64,000 nucleotides of DNA from NCBI GenBank assembly GCA_020850945.1, contig JADZDR010000035.1:152434-216433 (forward strand), in the 5' to 3' direction. Both the position numbers and the translations under genes were made by a program. The stretch comes from Acidimicrobiia bacterium (lineage in GTDB: Bacteria > Actinomycetota > Acidimicrobiia > UBA2766). The notes below the pieces were generated by a model. The model did not search any database, had not been told where the DNA came from, and saw only the letters and a list, made by a program, of their open reading frames with translations. Below are positions 21,264 to 31,198 of this stretch, piece by piece; positions within the stretch are counted from its first letter, which is position 1, and every line of letters begins with the position of its first letter.

Positions 21264-22811
21264 ATGGTCGATCTCGTCGGAATGCACGCCTCGTACAAGG
21301 CGGACGACGTCGCGCTCGTCCAGGACGAGCGCAGCCTCACATGGGGTGAGTACAACGACGCGAAGAACCGCCTCGCGAACGCTCTCGTCGACCTCGGCAT
21401 CTCCCGCGACGACAAGGTGATCTGCTACCTGCACAACTGCATCGAGCGGTTCCTCCTCACGAACGCGGCCGACACCCTCGGCGTGACGTGCGTGCCGATG
21501 AGCTACCGCCTCATCGCGCCCGAGGTCAGCTACATCGTGAACGACTCCGAGGCGGCCTACGTGCTGTTCGGTCCCGAGTTCGGTGAGGTGATCGCCCAGG
21601 TCGAGCCAGAGTGTCCAGGAGTCCGGGGCTGGATCTCGACACACGAAGCGACGGGGCCGAACGTCATGTCACTGCCCGACCTACTCGAGAAGTCCTCCCC
21701 CGACGCGCCCGAGGCGCTCGCCGAGGGTGGGGGAGTGATGCTCTACACGAGCGGTACGACCGGACATCCCAAGGGCGCCTACCGAGAACCGGGACAGTCC
21801 ACGGACGAGCTGCGCGCGCAGTGGTTCGGGAGCATGCTGAGTGAGTTCGACATCCGCGGCGGGGACGACGTCCACCTCGTGTGCGGGCCTCTCTACCACG
21901 GCGCCCCGTTCAGCTTCTCGATGATCGCGACCGGGGTCGGTTCGAAGATCGTGATCATGCCCAAGTTCGATGCCGAGAAGGTGGCCGAGCTCGTCGAGAG
22001 CCACCGCGTCGGCTACACGGTGATGGCGCCCGTGCTCGTGAAGCGATTCCTCGCCCTCGACGACGACACACTCGGCCGCTACGACCTGTCGTCACTGCAC
22101 ACGATCGTCACGACGGGCGCACCGTGCCCGCCTTCCGTGAAGGAGGAGCTCTTCGAGCGCGTGGGGCCGGTCCTCTACGAGTTCTACGGGTCGACAGAGC
22201 TGTCCGTGAACACCGTCATGAAGCCGGACATGATGCTCGAGAAGCTCGGCTCGTGTGGCAAGGAGTTCCCTGGCGTCGAGCTCGTGGTCCTCGACGAGGA
22301 GGGCAACGAATGCGCGACCGGCGAGCCCGGTGAGGTCTTCGCCCGCAAACACCCCCTCGCCTTCTCCGGCTACTACCGCAAGGACGAGGCGACGCGGAAC
22401 GCCTACCACGGTGAAGACCTGATCTCCGTCGGTGACGTCGCATACGTCGACGAGGACGGCTACTTCTACATCTGCGATCGCAAGACCGACATGATCATCT
22501 CCGGGGGTGTGAACATCTACCCGGCCGAGATCGAGAACGTCCTCAACAAACACCCCAAGATCCTCGATGTCACGGTGTTCGGAATCCCCGACGACGAGTT
22601 CGGCGAGCAGGTGCACGCGGTTGTCGAACTGCGCGCGGGCGAGACGCTGACCCTCGCCGAGCTCAAGGACTGGTCGACCGACAAGCTGGCCGACTACAAA
22701 CGCCCCCGTTCCCTCGATGTCGTCGATCACCTGCCCCGCGACGACGCAGGCAAGCTCCGAAAGCGCGAGCTGCGCGACCCCTTCTGGGAGGGCCACGCCA
22801 CGCGGGTCTGA
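21264..22811 (+). CDS. AMP-dependent synthetase/ligase (acyl-CoA synthetase family)
   Basis: AMP-binding motif LYTSGTTGHPKG and C-terminal motifs (GEVFAR, YICDRKTDMIISGGVNIYPAEIE). An ATG at 21264 follows GGGAG. Confidence 0.85.
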   Translation: MVDLVGMHASYKADDVALVQDERSLTWGEYNDAKNRLANALVDLGISRDDKVICYLHNCIERFLLTNAADTLGVTCVPMSYRLIAPEVSYIVNDSEAAYVLFGPEFGEVIAQVEPECPGVRGWISTHEATGPNVMSLPDLLEKSSPDAPEALAEGGGVMLYTSGTTGHPKGAYREPGQSTDELRAQWFGSMLSEFDIRGGDDVHLVCGPLYHGAPFSFSMIATGVGSKIVIMPKFDAEKVAELVESHRVGYTVMAPVLVKRFLALDDDTLGRYDLSSLHTIVTTGAPCPPSVKEELFERVGPVLYEFYGSTELSVNTVMKPDMMLEKLGSCGKEFPGVELVVLDEEGNECATGEPGEVFARKHPLAFSGYYRKDEATRNAYHGEDLISVGDVAYVDEDGYFYICDRKTDMIISGGVNIYPAEIENVLNKHPKILDVTVFGIPDDEFGEQVHAVVELRAGETLTLAELKDWSTDKLADYKRPRSLDVVDHLPRDDAGKLRKRELRDPFWEGHATRV

Positions 22812-22827
22812 CCGAGCTCCCCGGCGG

Positions 22828-23466
22828 CTACGGGAGCGCGGCGGGGTCCGCCATCTCGCCCGGGAGGATCGCGAGGAGGACTCCGTCCACGACCGACACC
22901 CTGGCGGTCTCGGCGACGAGGGCGTTGGACAACCCGCGGGCGGACGCCGCCTCGAGAGTCACGCCGGCGAGGGGGTAGGCAAGCCCCTCCGACGTCACGC
23001 CCGCGCTGCGATCGGTCGCGGGGATGAGGCTCACGATCTCGCCCGGCGTGCCCGTGAGGACGACCTCCCCCCTTACGACCCAGAGGCGTGCGCGGCCGAA
23101 GCGACCAGTCACCGACATCGCGCGCCAGCGGTCGGAGGCGAGGACGAGCGCGTTGGCGAGGAGGTGGTCGAGGCGACCCCCCGTCCCACCCACGACGAGG
23201 ACGCGGTCGGCACCTCTCCGCTGTGCTTCGAGAATGGCGACCTCGAGGTCCGTCTCGTCCTTGCGGCGGGGGAGGGGGAGCACTTCGGCGCCCGTGTCGG
23301 CCGCCCGCTGCACGTCCGCCGCGGCCGCCGAGTCGAAGTCGCCGACGGCGACGTGCACCTGAAGGCCGAGCCGGTGGGCGAGGGCGAGGCCGGAGTCGGC
23401 TGCGATCACGAGGTCGGCATCCGCCGGTGCACCGATCTCCTCGACGTCCGGCCCACCCGTGATCAC
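22828..23466 (-). CDS. thiamine diphosphokinase (thiamine pyrophosphokinase)
   Basis: Carries the TPK catalytic motifs GDFDS, KDETDLE and GGTGGRLDH in the correct order. GTG start 37 bp downstream of livF. Confidence 0.7.
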   Translation of the reverse strand: MITGGPDVEEIGAPADADLVIAADSGLALAHRLGLQVHVAVGDFDSAAAADVQRAADTGAEVLPLPRRKDETDLEVAILEAQRRGADRVLVVGGTGGRLDHLLANALVLASDRWRAMSVTGRFGRARLWVVRGEVVLTGTPGEIVSLIPATDRSAGVTSEGLAYPLAGVTLEAASARGLSNALVAETARVSVVDGVLLAILPGEMADPAALP

Positions 23467-23502
23467 GAGGGCCAGTGTCAGTTCGGGGCCTCCAAACCGA
23501 GC

Positions 23503-24306
23503 TCAGGGAGTCGCGGGCATGATGCGGGACACGATGTCGTCAGCCGCGTCCTTCGGGCCCGCCCAGTCGACGCTGCCCTTCTGCATGACGACGACGTCGT
23601 CGGCGAGGTCGATGGCGCGGTGCACTTCCTCCTCGATGACGATGAGGGCGGTACCGGCCGAGCGGATCGTACGCAGCCAGCCGAACACCTCGTCGACGAC
23701 GATGGGCGCCAGGCCGAGACCGAGCTCGTCGGCGATGAGGAGCTTGGGTGGATGCACGAGGACACGGGCGAGAGAGAGCATGCGCTGCTCCCCACCCGAC
23801 ATCGTGCCGGCGAGCTGGGTGCGGCGTTCCCCGAGGCGCGGGAACAGCTCGTACGCGCGGGCGAGGGCGTCGTTGACCCGGGACGGACCGAGAGCGCGCT
23901 GGAACTCGAGCTTGAGGTTCTCCTCCACGGTGAGCGTGGCGAAGATCGATCTGCCCTCCGGGGCGTGCGAGATGCCGCGACGGGCGATCTGATAGGCGGG
24001 GGTACCGGCTATATCGGCACCCTCGAAGAACACCTTGCCGGCCGTCGGTTTCACGAGACCGGTACAGATCCGGGCGATGGTCGTCTTGCCCGCCCCGTTC
24101 GGTCCTACCAGTGCAGTGGCACTACCGCTGCGAACCCTGAACGACACACCGAAGAGGGCGCGGTAGGGACCGTACGAGGCGTCCACGTCCTCGAGCTCGA
24201 GGAGTGTGGCCTCCCCCGGCCCGGGGGTGGGTGTCTCGCCCGCGGTTGTGTACGTCGCCGTGTGAGCGGGCTCGGCCGGCGCAGTGGGTTGGGAGTGCCT
24301 GCTCAT
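23503..24306 (-). CDS. branched-chain amino acid ABC transporter ATP-binding protein, LivF-like
   Basis: Walker A GPNGAGKTT, signature MSGGEQRML. Its start overlaps the stop of livG (ATGA). Confidence 0.85.
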   Translation of the reverse strand: MSRHSQPTAPAEPAHTATYTTAGETPTPGPGEATLLELEDVDASYGPYRALFGVSFRVRSGSATALVGPNGAGKTTIARICTGLVKPTAGKVFFEGADIAGTPAYQIARRGISHAPEGRSIFATLTVEENLKLEFQRALGPSRVNDALARAYELFPRLGERRTQLAGTMSGGEQRMLSLARVLVHPPKLLIADELGLGLAPIVVDEVFGWLRTIRSAGTALIVIEEEVHRAIDLADDVVVMQKGSVDWAGPKDAADDIVSRIMPATP

Positions 24307-25076
24307 CCCGCCACTCCCGTGTACGCCTCACGCACCCGCGGATGGTTGAGGACGGCTTCGGTCGGGCCCTTGGCGAGCAGATACCCCTGCTCCATGACGT
24401 AGAGGCGGTCGGTCGCGACCCGGATGAGGCTGAGGTCGTGCTCGACGAGGAGATAGCTCGTACGCCGCGCGTGCTGCACGGCGTGGAGGACTTCGGCGAG
24501 CGCCATGCTCTCGACGTGGTCGAGGCCCGAGGACGGCTCGTCGAGGAGGAGGAGACGTGGATTGGTCATCAGGGCACGGCCGAGCTCGAGGAGGCGCCCA
24601 TGACCGAGCGAAAGGGTGTCGACGACGCTGTCGATGCGGTCGTCGAGCCCGACGAGCTTCGCCGTGTCCTCGACGATCCCCCGCTCGGCATCCGTGGGGC
24701 GGCCTCCACTCACGAGATCGTTCATCATGCTGCCCGCACGCGTGTACGCCCGCAGGGAGACCAGGAGGTGCTCACGGACGCTCATGCCCGTGAAGAGCTC
24801 CATGCGCTGGAAGGTGCGGCCGATCCCGAGCCGGGCGCGCTCGTACACCTCGAGGTCGGTGATGTCGGCCCCCATGAACCGCACGCGTCCCCGGTGTGGC
24901 TCGAGGATTCCCGTGATGCAGTTGAAGAACGTGGTCTTGCCGGCACCGTTCGGACCGATGAGGCCGACCGCCTCACCCGGTCCGATCTCGAGCGAGACGT
25001 CCTGCAGGGCGAGGATGCCGCCGAACTGGATCGAGACGTGCTGCACCTCGAGCAGCCACGGTGTACCCGCCTGCAT
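24303..25076 (-). CDS. branched-chain amino acid ABC transporter ATP-binding protein, LivG-like
   Basis: Walker A GPNGAGKTT, and a LivG-type N-terminus after the start MQAGTPWLLEV, which is coupled (ATGA) to the permease stop at 25076. Confidence 0.85.
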   Translation of the reverse strand: MQAGTPWLLEVQHVSIQFGGILALQDVSLEIGPGEAVGLIGPNGAGKTTFFNCITGILEPHRGRVRFMGADITDLEVYERARLGIGRTFQRMELFTGMSVREHLLVSLRAYTRAGSMMNDLVSGGRPTDAERGIVEDTAKLVGLDDRIDSVVDTLSLGHGRLLELGRALMTNPRLLLLDEPSSGLDHVESMALAEVLHAVQHARRTSYLLVEHDLSLIRVATDRLYVMEQGYLLAKGPTEAVLNHPRVREAYTGVAG

Positions 25077-27463
25077 CAGCCGTCTCCTCCGTTGGACCTC
25101 GGACCCCAATCCGAGTTGCCGTCACCGTTCGCCTCCGGTCGCAGCGGGGGGCGGGGCGGCCCCTGCTCCTGCATGTAGACGCCCGGATCGGCCGGCTGCC
25201 AAGTGGGGTCCCGGCGCCGCAGGTGCTCGATCGATGTCTGCATCTCGGGCGGGCTGGGTCTGGCCGGAGCCTGGATGTATCGGCGGGGAGGCGACCACGG
25301 CCTGTAGCGGGGACGCCGCCTCCTGCCTGAGGCGGAGGGGTCGCGGGGCACGTGGTTCGTGGCCTGGGTGACCGCCTGGCGTTGCACTTGGGCTACACCG
25401 CCTGCCGGCGGGCCGGTTGGCAGCGCAACCTGGGAACCGACCTGAACGACCGGCTCGCCCGGTTCGGGCGTGAGGTCGATGACAGGCGGTGCGTTCACGG
25501 CGGGCACGGCGCCGCCGACCGGGGTGACACCCTTTCCCCCCCGGCCCGCGTCACCTATGACGCGAAGCGCCCAGTCGACGAGACCTTCCTGGTTCTTGAT
25601 GAAGATGAACGCACCCAAGCCGAAGATGACCGTGACCCACGCGAGGGGCTGAGGTACGCCGAGCATGCTCAGCACCTCCGGCAGGAGCGTGAGGAACACG
25701 CCGGCGAAGATCGCGGCGGGGATGGAGCGGGCGCCGAGGACGATGATCAGCACCGGCCAGAGGAGGGATTCCGCGATCGAGAACTCGGCGGAAGTGGCCC
25801 GGCCCTGGAGGCTGACGAGGAGGACGCCGCCGATGCCCGCTATCGCGGCCGATACGGCGAAGGCCTTGACCTTGGCCCGGCCCGGGTCGATTCCGACCGA
25901 TGCCGCACCTGTCTCGGAGCCACGGATCGCGTCGAGGACCTGACCGGTCGACCCGTCCCGCAGGCGCCACACGTACCACCCGACACCGAAGAGGATCGTG
26001 CAGCAGAAGATGAAGAAGGCCCTGTCGTCGCTGAAGTCGAGGAGGCTGCCGGACCAACCATGCTGGTAGGGGCGAGGGACTTCGAGTCCGGCGGGGCTGC
26101 CACCCACGGCTTCGAGGGGGAAGATGATCTGGTCCACCATGAGCCCGAACGCAAGGGTCGCGAGCGTCATGTAGATGCCACGCAGGCGCCGCAACGGCAA
26201 GGCGAGCAGCACACCGATCAGCGACGCCACGGTGGCGCCGAGGAGCATCCCCCAGAAGAGCGGGAAGTCGAACCGGTTCGCGAGTTGGGCGGCGGTGAAC
26301 GCCCCCGCTCCCGCGAAGGCAGCCTGTCCGAGGGAGATCTGCCCGGCGATGCCGGTCAGGACCGTGTAGGAGAGGAGGATCACGGACATGACCACGGCGG
26401 TGGTCACGCGGAGGAGCCACACGTCCGAGAGCGCGAGGGCGAAGAACGCGACCACGCCTGCCGAGATGAGCAAGGCCTGGCCGAAGGTGTTGTGTTTGGC
26501 CCGCGCGTCGCCTGCGGCCCGGCTGCGCAACGCCTTGGGCGGTGGGTCTACTCCCGAGAGGGGGTCCGTGACACCGCCGATCGTCCGGTACTTGGGGACG
26601 AAGACGAGGAGCCCGAAGAGGAGGATGAACGGCAGGGAGGGCCGCAACCCCTCGGCGAGGACGCTGTCGGCGGGCAGGTAGCGGGCCAGCACGACCTGCG
26701 TGACGCCGAGGGCGAGGCCGCCGATGAGCGTCCAGGGCAGGGAGGAGAGCCGCCCCACGACGGCGGCGGCGATGGCGGCGACGAGCAGGAGTGTGTACTT
26801 GCTGACGTCGACGCTGCCGAAGAGGGGGGCGAGCATGACGCCGGCGAGGCCGGCCACGAAGCCCGACAGCATCCACGAGACGGAAGCGATGCCGTCGGCA
26901 TTGATGCCTGCGAGCTGCACCATGCGCGGGCTCTCCACGACAGCTCGCATGCGCAGGCCGAGCACCGTGAACCTGAAGAGGCCGGCGAGAGCGACGACCA
27001 CGACGAGGGCCGCGAATATCGTCGTGAGCGAGTCACCGCCAATGCGGATGCCGCCGAGCTGGAAGACGCCTTCGGCGCCGGGGACGGCAACGGGCGGATT
27101 CCCCTTCAGGTCGGTCCCGAACCACACACCCTGGATGAGCGCAGGGAGCACGAGAAGGACACCGAGGCCGACGACGAGCTTCACCGTCTCGGGGGCGCCC
27201 TGCGTGTAGCGGAACAACCCCCAGTAGAGGCCGAGGCCGAGGAGAGGGCTCAACACGAAGACGGAGACGATGAGTGCGACGAGGATGGGGAGACCCATGT
27301 CGACGGTGAGCGTGTAGAAGATCGCGGCCGAGGCGTACGCCTGGGCACCCAGGCCCAGGTTGAACACGGCGCTCGTCTTGTACGTCAGGACCACACCCGA
27401 CGCCATGAGCGCATATACGCACCCGAGCGCCACCCCTGCGACGAGCAGCGCGAGAAAATCCAC
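25076..27463 (-). CDS. fused LivH-LivM branched-chain amino acid ABC permease with ~190-aa Pro/Arg-rich C-terminal tail
   Basis: 795 aa. Two successive BPD-transporter permease modules carry about 18 TM helices. The last ~190 aa are low-complexity (PPVIDLTPEPGEP...RPPLRPEANGDG). Confidence 0.8.
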   Translation of the reverse strand: MDFLALLVAGVALGCVYALMASGVVLTYKTSAVFNLGLGAQAYASAAIFYTLTVDMGLPILVALIVSVFVLSPLLGLGLYWGLFRYTQGAPETVKLVVGLGVLLVLPALIQGVWFGTDLKGNPPVAVPGAEGVFQLGGIRIGGDSLTTIFAALVVVVALAGLFRFTVLGLRMRAVVESPRMVQLAGINADGIASVSWMLSGFVAGLAGVMLAPLFGSVDVSKYTLLLVAAIAAAVVGRLSSLPWTLIGGLALGVTQVVLARYLPADSVLAEGLRPSLPFILLFGLLVFVPKYRTIGGVTDPLSGVDPPPKALRSRAAGDARAKHNTFGQALLISAGVVAFFALALSDVWLLRVTTAVVMSVILLSYTVLTGIAGQISLGQAAFAGAGAFTAAQLANRFDFPLFWGMLLGATVASLIGVLLALPLRRLRGIYMTLATLAFGLMVDQIIFPLEAVGGSPAGLEVPRPYQHGWSGSLLDFSDDRAFFIFCCTILFGVGWYVWRLRDGSTGQVLDAIRGSETGAASVGIDPGRAKVKAFAVSAAIAGIGGVLLVSLQGRATSAEFSIAESLLWPVLIIVLGARSIPAAIFAGVFLTLLPEVLSMLGVPQPLAWVTVIFGLGAFIFIKNQEGLVDWALRVIGDAGRGGKGVTPVGGAVPAVNAPPVIDLTPEPGEPVVQVGSQVALPTGPPAGGVAQVQRQAVTQATNHVPRDPSASGRRRRPRYRPWSPPRRYIQAPARPSPPEMQTSIEHLRRRDPTWQPADPGVYMQEQGPPRPPLRPEANGDGNSDWGPRSNGGDG

Positions 27464-27721
27464 CTACAACCCCTGACTCCCGGCTTCCCCGACGTGCCCC
27501 GAGATCCCGCTGTGGCGGGGCGTCCGGCCGAAAGATACAAAACACCGGAATATCACGATAGCCTTGCTCTGCCGAGTCGGGCAATGACGCACTCTCCGAC
27601 CTATCCTTTGTCCTGACGGGGCATCAGATGGTTACTTCTCCACGATGCCTGCGCTTCCTTGAGACGCTTTCACATTCCCGGGGTCTTCGACACGAGAGGT
27701 GCGCAGGTCTGACGAGGAGGG

Positions 27722-29218
27722 GTGCCGAACACAGGTGGTGATCCGTGTTCACACGGAGGGGGACGAATACCGATGGTGAAGGGAACTGGTGGGTTCCTGC
27801 TCAAGGCTGCGGGGGCAGCAGCGGCGGCTGCGGGAGCGGCGGCGGTGTATCGGGCGGGACAGACAGAGGCACGTATCGACGCGCGGATCGATCCCATACT
27901 CGACGGTGACGCGACGCGCCCGGAAGCAGCCGGCGCGTTGCCGCCTGCCGGTGGCACCCAGGCCGGACCCCAGACATCCGGCGGGGACCCCGGCATGACC
28001 ACGGCGAGCGTGGTGGCGGGCGGGGCGGTACCGGCAGCGGCATCGGGTGTCGTGCTCTGGCCGGGCGGTGACGGCATCGGCGCTCCCCTCGTCCCCGTCA
28101 TGGATGGTGACTACCCGGCCCATCCTGTGCTCCACGACGGGGGGACCCCGGCCGCGGCGTACGCGCAGAGCAGGGCGGGCCGGCGATATGCCAAGAGCGG
28201 CAACATCCTCGGTGCGACCCTCGGCATCCTGACGGCGCTCGCGCTCGTCCTCGGTGGCGTGGCCGCAGTGCGCAACGACGAGAAGACCGCCAGTCTCTCC
28301 AGCGCGTCGACCGACGACGCCACCGGCGGGGGAGGAGGCTCCACCGACTTCGACACCTCCGGCAAGTCGGGATCGTCCTCCGCCGGGGGGTCGACGGCGT
28401 CGTCCTCCGGCACGGGCAGTTCGGGCGCGTCCTCCAACACGGGCTCGGGCGACTCCGGTGGCGGGGGGGGCGACGGCTCCGGTGGCGGGGGCGGGGGTTC
28501 GGGCGGTGGGGGCGGGGGGACCATCAAGCGTCCCCCCGAAGGTGAGTGGGCGGCCACGGGGCAGGGAACCGAAGTCGTGAGCACGGGCAACATCCGCACG
28601 GAGTGGTCGGACATGTCCCTCAAGGTCGTGTACGACGGTGACTGCTGGATCTCGACGTGGAAGGCGCACTCGAAGCGCTGGGCGGACGTGCGCTTCTGTC
28701 CGACCAGTGACGGCGGCCTGATCCAGACGGGGTCGGAGACCTTCAACATCGTCTCCTTCCTCGGCGCGAGCGTGAACAACAAGACGACGGCCACGTGCGA
28801 CCCGGCGAAGGTGGTGCTGTCGGCGAACCCCGAGCCGGGCCAGGAGCTCGCCCCGGGGACATGCACCAACATCCAGCAGGACTGCCCGAACGGCTTCGGT
28901 GCGTCGTGCCGGAAGAGCCCGCTCGTACCGGGCGGGTCGACGGATGACTCCACCGTCACGATCCTCGGGAGGGAGACCGTCGCCGGGCAGGAGGCGTGGC
29001 ACGTGCAGACCACGCAGATCCTCGTCCCCGAAGGTGGGAATGCGAGCGCGCCCGGCTCGGTTTCGAGCTACGCGCCGCATAATGTGGAGCACTACTGGTT
29101 CAGGGTCACCGATGGCCTCCCCCTGCGCATGGTCAGGGTCACGAACGCCCTCACCGTTCCCCTCGTCGGTCCGAGGACGACCTTCCACGAAGAGGGCTCG
29201 ATGACGATCGTGCTCTGA
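27722..29218 (+). CDS. hypothetical membrane-anchored protein (Ala/Gly-rich N-terminal region, single TM, Gly/Ser-rich linker, Cys-rich extracytoplasmic domain)
   Basis: TM helix ILGATLGILTALALVLGGVAAV. GGGGSGGGG low-complexity linker at about 28300-28530. The C-terminal ~240 aa contain 8 Cys. The start may be M17 (27770). Confidence 0.55.
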   Translation: MPNTGGDPCSHGGGRIPMVKGTGGFLLKAAGAAAAAAGAAAVYRAGQTEARIDARIDPILDGDATRPEAAGALPPAGGTQAGPQTSGGDPGMTTASVVAGGAVPAAASGVVLWPGGDGIGAPLVPVMDGDYPAHPVLHDGGTPAAAYAQSRAGRRYAKSGNILGATLGILTALALVLGGVAAVRNDEKTASLSSASTDDATGGGGGSTDFDTSGKSGSSSAGGSTASSSGTGSSGASSNTGSGDSGGGGGDGSGGGGGGSGGGGGGTIKRPPEGEWAATGQGTEVVSTGNIRTEWSDMSLKVVYDGDCWISTWKAHSKRWADVRFCPTSDGGLIQTGSETFNIVSFLGASVNNKTTATCDPAKVVLSANPEPGQELAPGTCTNIQQDCPNGFGASCRKSPLVPGGSTDDSTVTILGRETVAGQEAWHVQTTQILVPEGGNASAPGSVSSYAPHNVEHYWFRVTDGLPLRMVRVTNALTVPLVGPRTTFHEEGSMTIVL

Positions 29219-29319
29219 GACAGAGCCCTGAGTGGCCGGTAGCACAGCCCGACCGCCAGACTGATAGGAAATGGGGTGAGGGCGGAGAAATCCGTCTAGA
29301 GATGAGTGGTGAATCACGG

Positions 29320-30618
29320 ATGAGTCGAGTACGAGTATGGGGGCCGGTCGTTGCCATGTCGCTGGTGCTGGTCGCGTGCGGCAACGCCTGGGCCGGGATC
29401 AACACCGCCTCGGAGGAGGCACCCGGGGTGACCGACTCCGAGGTCCTCGTGGGCGGGGTGGCGGCGATCACGAGTCCCGTGGGCGACAACTTCGGCTACA
29501 TCTTCGACGGTGTCAAGGCCTACTTCGCGAAGGTGAACAGCGAAGGCGGCGTGCACGGGCGCACCCTGCGTCTCATCGCCGAGTACGACGACAACACACA
29601 GGCGTCCAAGAACCTCGCGTCGGTGCGGGCCCTCGTCGAAGAGGACCGCGTGTTCGCCGTGATCCCCGTCGCCACCCCCATCTTCGCCGGCGCGTCGTAC
29701 CTCGCCGACCGCAACATCCCGACGTTCGGATGGGTGATAAACAGCGAATGGGCACTGAGCGAGGCGCTCATGGGCGCCGGCACGGACGGGGACATCTGCC
29801 TCGACTGCGCCGAGACGTTCACGTACCTGCCCTTCATCGCGAAGCTGATGGGAGTCAGCAAGGTGGGCGTGATCGCCTACTCCGCCGCCCAGTCCAAGCA
29901 GTGCGCAGAAGGGCAGCAGGCCGCCCTCAGGAAGTACGGCTTCGACGTCGCTTTCACCGAGACTTCGCTCACCTTCGGGTTCACGGACGTGTCGGCCCAG
30001 ATCGCCCGCATCCGCGACTCGGGCATCGAGCTCCTCGCCACGTGCATGGATGGTGACGGATCGGCCCGTGTCTCCAAGGCGCTGCGCGAGGCAGGGCTCA
30101 AGAACATCAAGCAGTACTGGCCGATCGGATACGACCCGAAGCTCCTCGAGCAGTTCCCCGAGGAGATGGAGGGTGTCTACATGCAGTCGACGACGATGCC
30201 GTTCGAGTTCGCCGACGTGTCGCCCGGCCTCCAGGAGTACCTGAAGTGGATGAAGAAGGTGGACGGCCAGGTCGGCGAGTCCTCGCTCCAGGGTTGGATC
30301 CTCGCCGACCAACTGGCCATGGGGCTCGAGGCCGCCGGTGAGAAGCCGACGCGTGAGAAGGTCCTCGACGGCATCTACAGCCAGACCGACTACGACGCGG
30401 ACAACATCATCGTGAGAACTGACTGGACTCGTTTCCGCGAACCTGACAACGGCTATGCCGAAGGCGACCCGATTCCCGCCTGCCTCAGCTTCATCCAGGT
30501 GAAGGACAGCGAGTTCACGCCGGTGTTCGTGACCGAGGAGGAACCGTGGGCGTGCGTCGATACCGCCAAGGACACGCTCCCGGACGCCCCCCTGAGACCG
30601 GAGGACTTCGGACTGTGA
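29320..30618 (+). CDS. ABC transporter substrate-binding lipoprotein, LivK/Peripla_BP_6-like
   Basis: Signal peptide with lipobox LVLVACG, followed by a branched-chain-type binding-protein fold. Confidence 0.75.
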   Translation: MSRVRVWGPVVAMSLVLVACGNAWAGINTASEEAPGVTDSEVLVGGVAAITSPVGDNFGYIFDGVKAYFAKVNSEGGVHGRTLRLIAEYDDNTQASKNLASVRALVEEDRVFAVIPVATPIFAGASYLADRNIPTFGWVINSEWALSEALMGAGTDGDICLDCAETFTYLPFIAKLMGVSKVGVIAYSAAQSKQCAEGQQAALRKYGFDVAFTETSLTFGFTDVSAQIARIRDSGIELLATCMDGDGSARVSKALREAGLKNIKQYWPIGYDPKLLEQFPEEMEGVYMQSTTMPFEFADVSPGLQEYLKWMKKVDGQVGESSLQGWILADQLAMGLEAAGEKPTREKVLDGIYSQTDYDADNIIVRTDWTRFREPDNGYAEGDPIPACLSFIQVKDSEFTPVFVTEEEPWACVDTAKDTLPDAPLRPEDFGL

Positions 30619-31184
30619 TTCCGAGACGCCTCCTCCTCGGTCTCCTCGGCCTCCTCGTCGTCCTGGCGAGCGCCTGCAACACGGCCGTCTTCCAGAGCAA
30701 GGGCATGCCGCCGGGCGAACGCGGCAAGGAGGGCACGAAGGAGCTCACGGCCGACGAGGGCGAGGATTCGGGCTCGGGCGGGAACGCCGAAGCCAAGAAG
30801 GAGATCGAAGATCTCTTCACCTGGTTCTTCGACGGCTCGGACCTCCTCGCCGACGGGGTCGCGACGCAGGAGGAGATCGACGTGAAGGCGGCACGGGTCT
30901 ACAACGTCGAGAAGATCAAGGACACACTCGCGGCTGTCATGCAGGCCAACGCCGAAGTCTTCTCGAAGCTGAGCGCGACGATCGACTCGATCGAGTTCCA
31001 GGACGAAGACCGGGCAACCGTCACGTTCACGCTCAACGTGGACGGCGAGCCCACCCTGCAGGGGGCGTCGGGCGACGCCATCAAGGACAACGGCGAATGG
31101 AAGATCGACGCCCAGCTCACATGCGACCTCGTCGCTCTCGCCGATTCCACCGTGGCGTGTGATCCCGGGACCCCGGCCGTCTGA
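30615..31184 (+). CDS. hypothetical lipoprotein
   Basis: A GTG at 30615 overlaps the SBP stop (GTGA). Signal peptide with lipobox LVVLASAC. Acidic mature protein. Confidence 0.6.
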   Translation: MIPRRLLLGLLGLLVVLASACNTAVFQSKGMPPGERGKEGTKELTADEGEDSGSGGNAEAKKEIEDLFTWFFDGSDLLADGVATQEEIDVKAARVYNVEKIKDTLAAVMQANAEVFSKLSATIDSIEFQDEDRATVTFTLNVDGEPTLQGASGDAIKDNGEWKIDAQLTCDLVALADSTVACDPGTPAV

Positions 31185-31198
31185 GCGAGCGCGGCCGG

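Noticed and set aside
27722-29218. CRISPR or other tandem-repeat array suggested by the repetitive GGCGGTGGGGGCGGGGG stretch (about 28400-28530)
   Set aside because: It is an in-frame Gly/Ser codon repeat inside a protein linker, not a spaced DNA repeat array. No CRISPR-like repeat-spacer structure occurs anywhere in the window.
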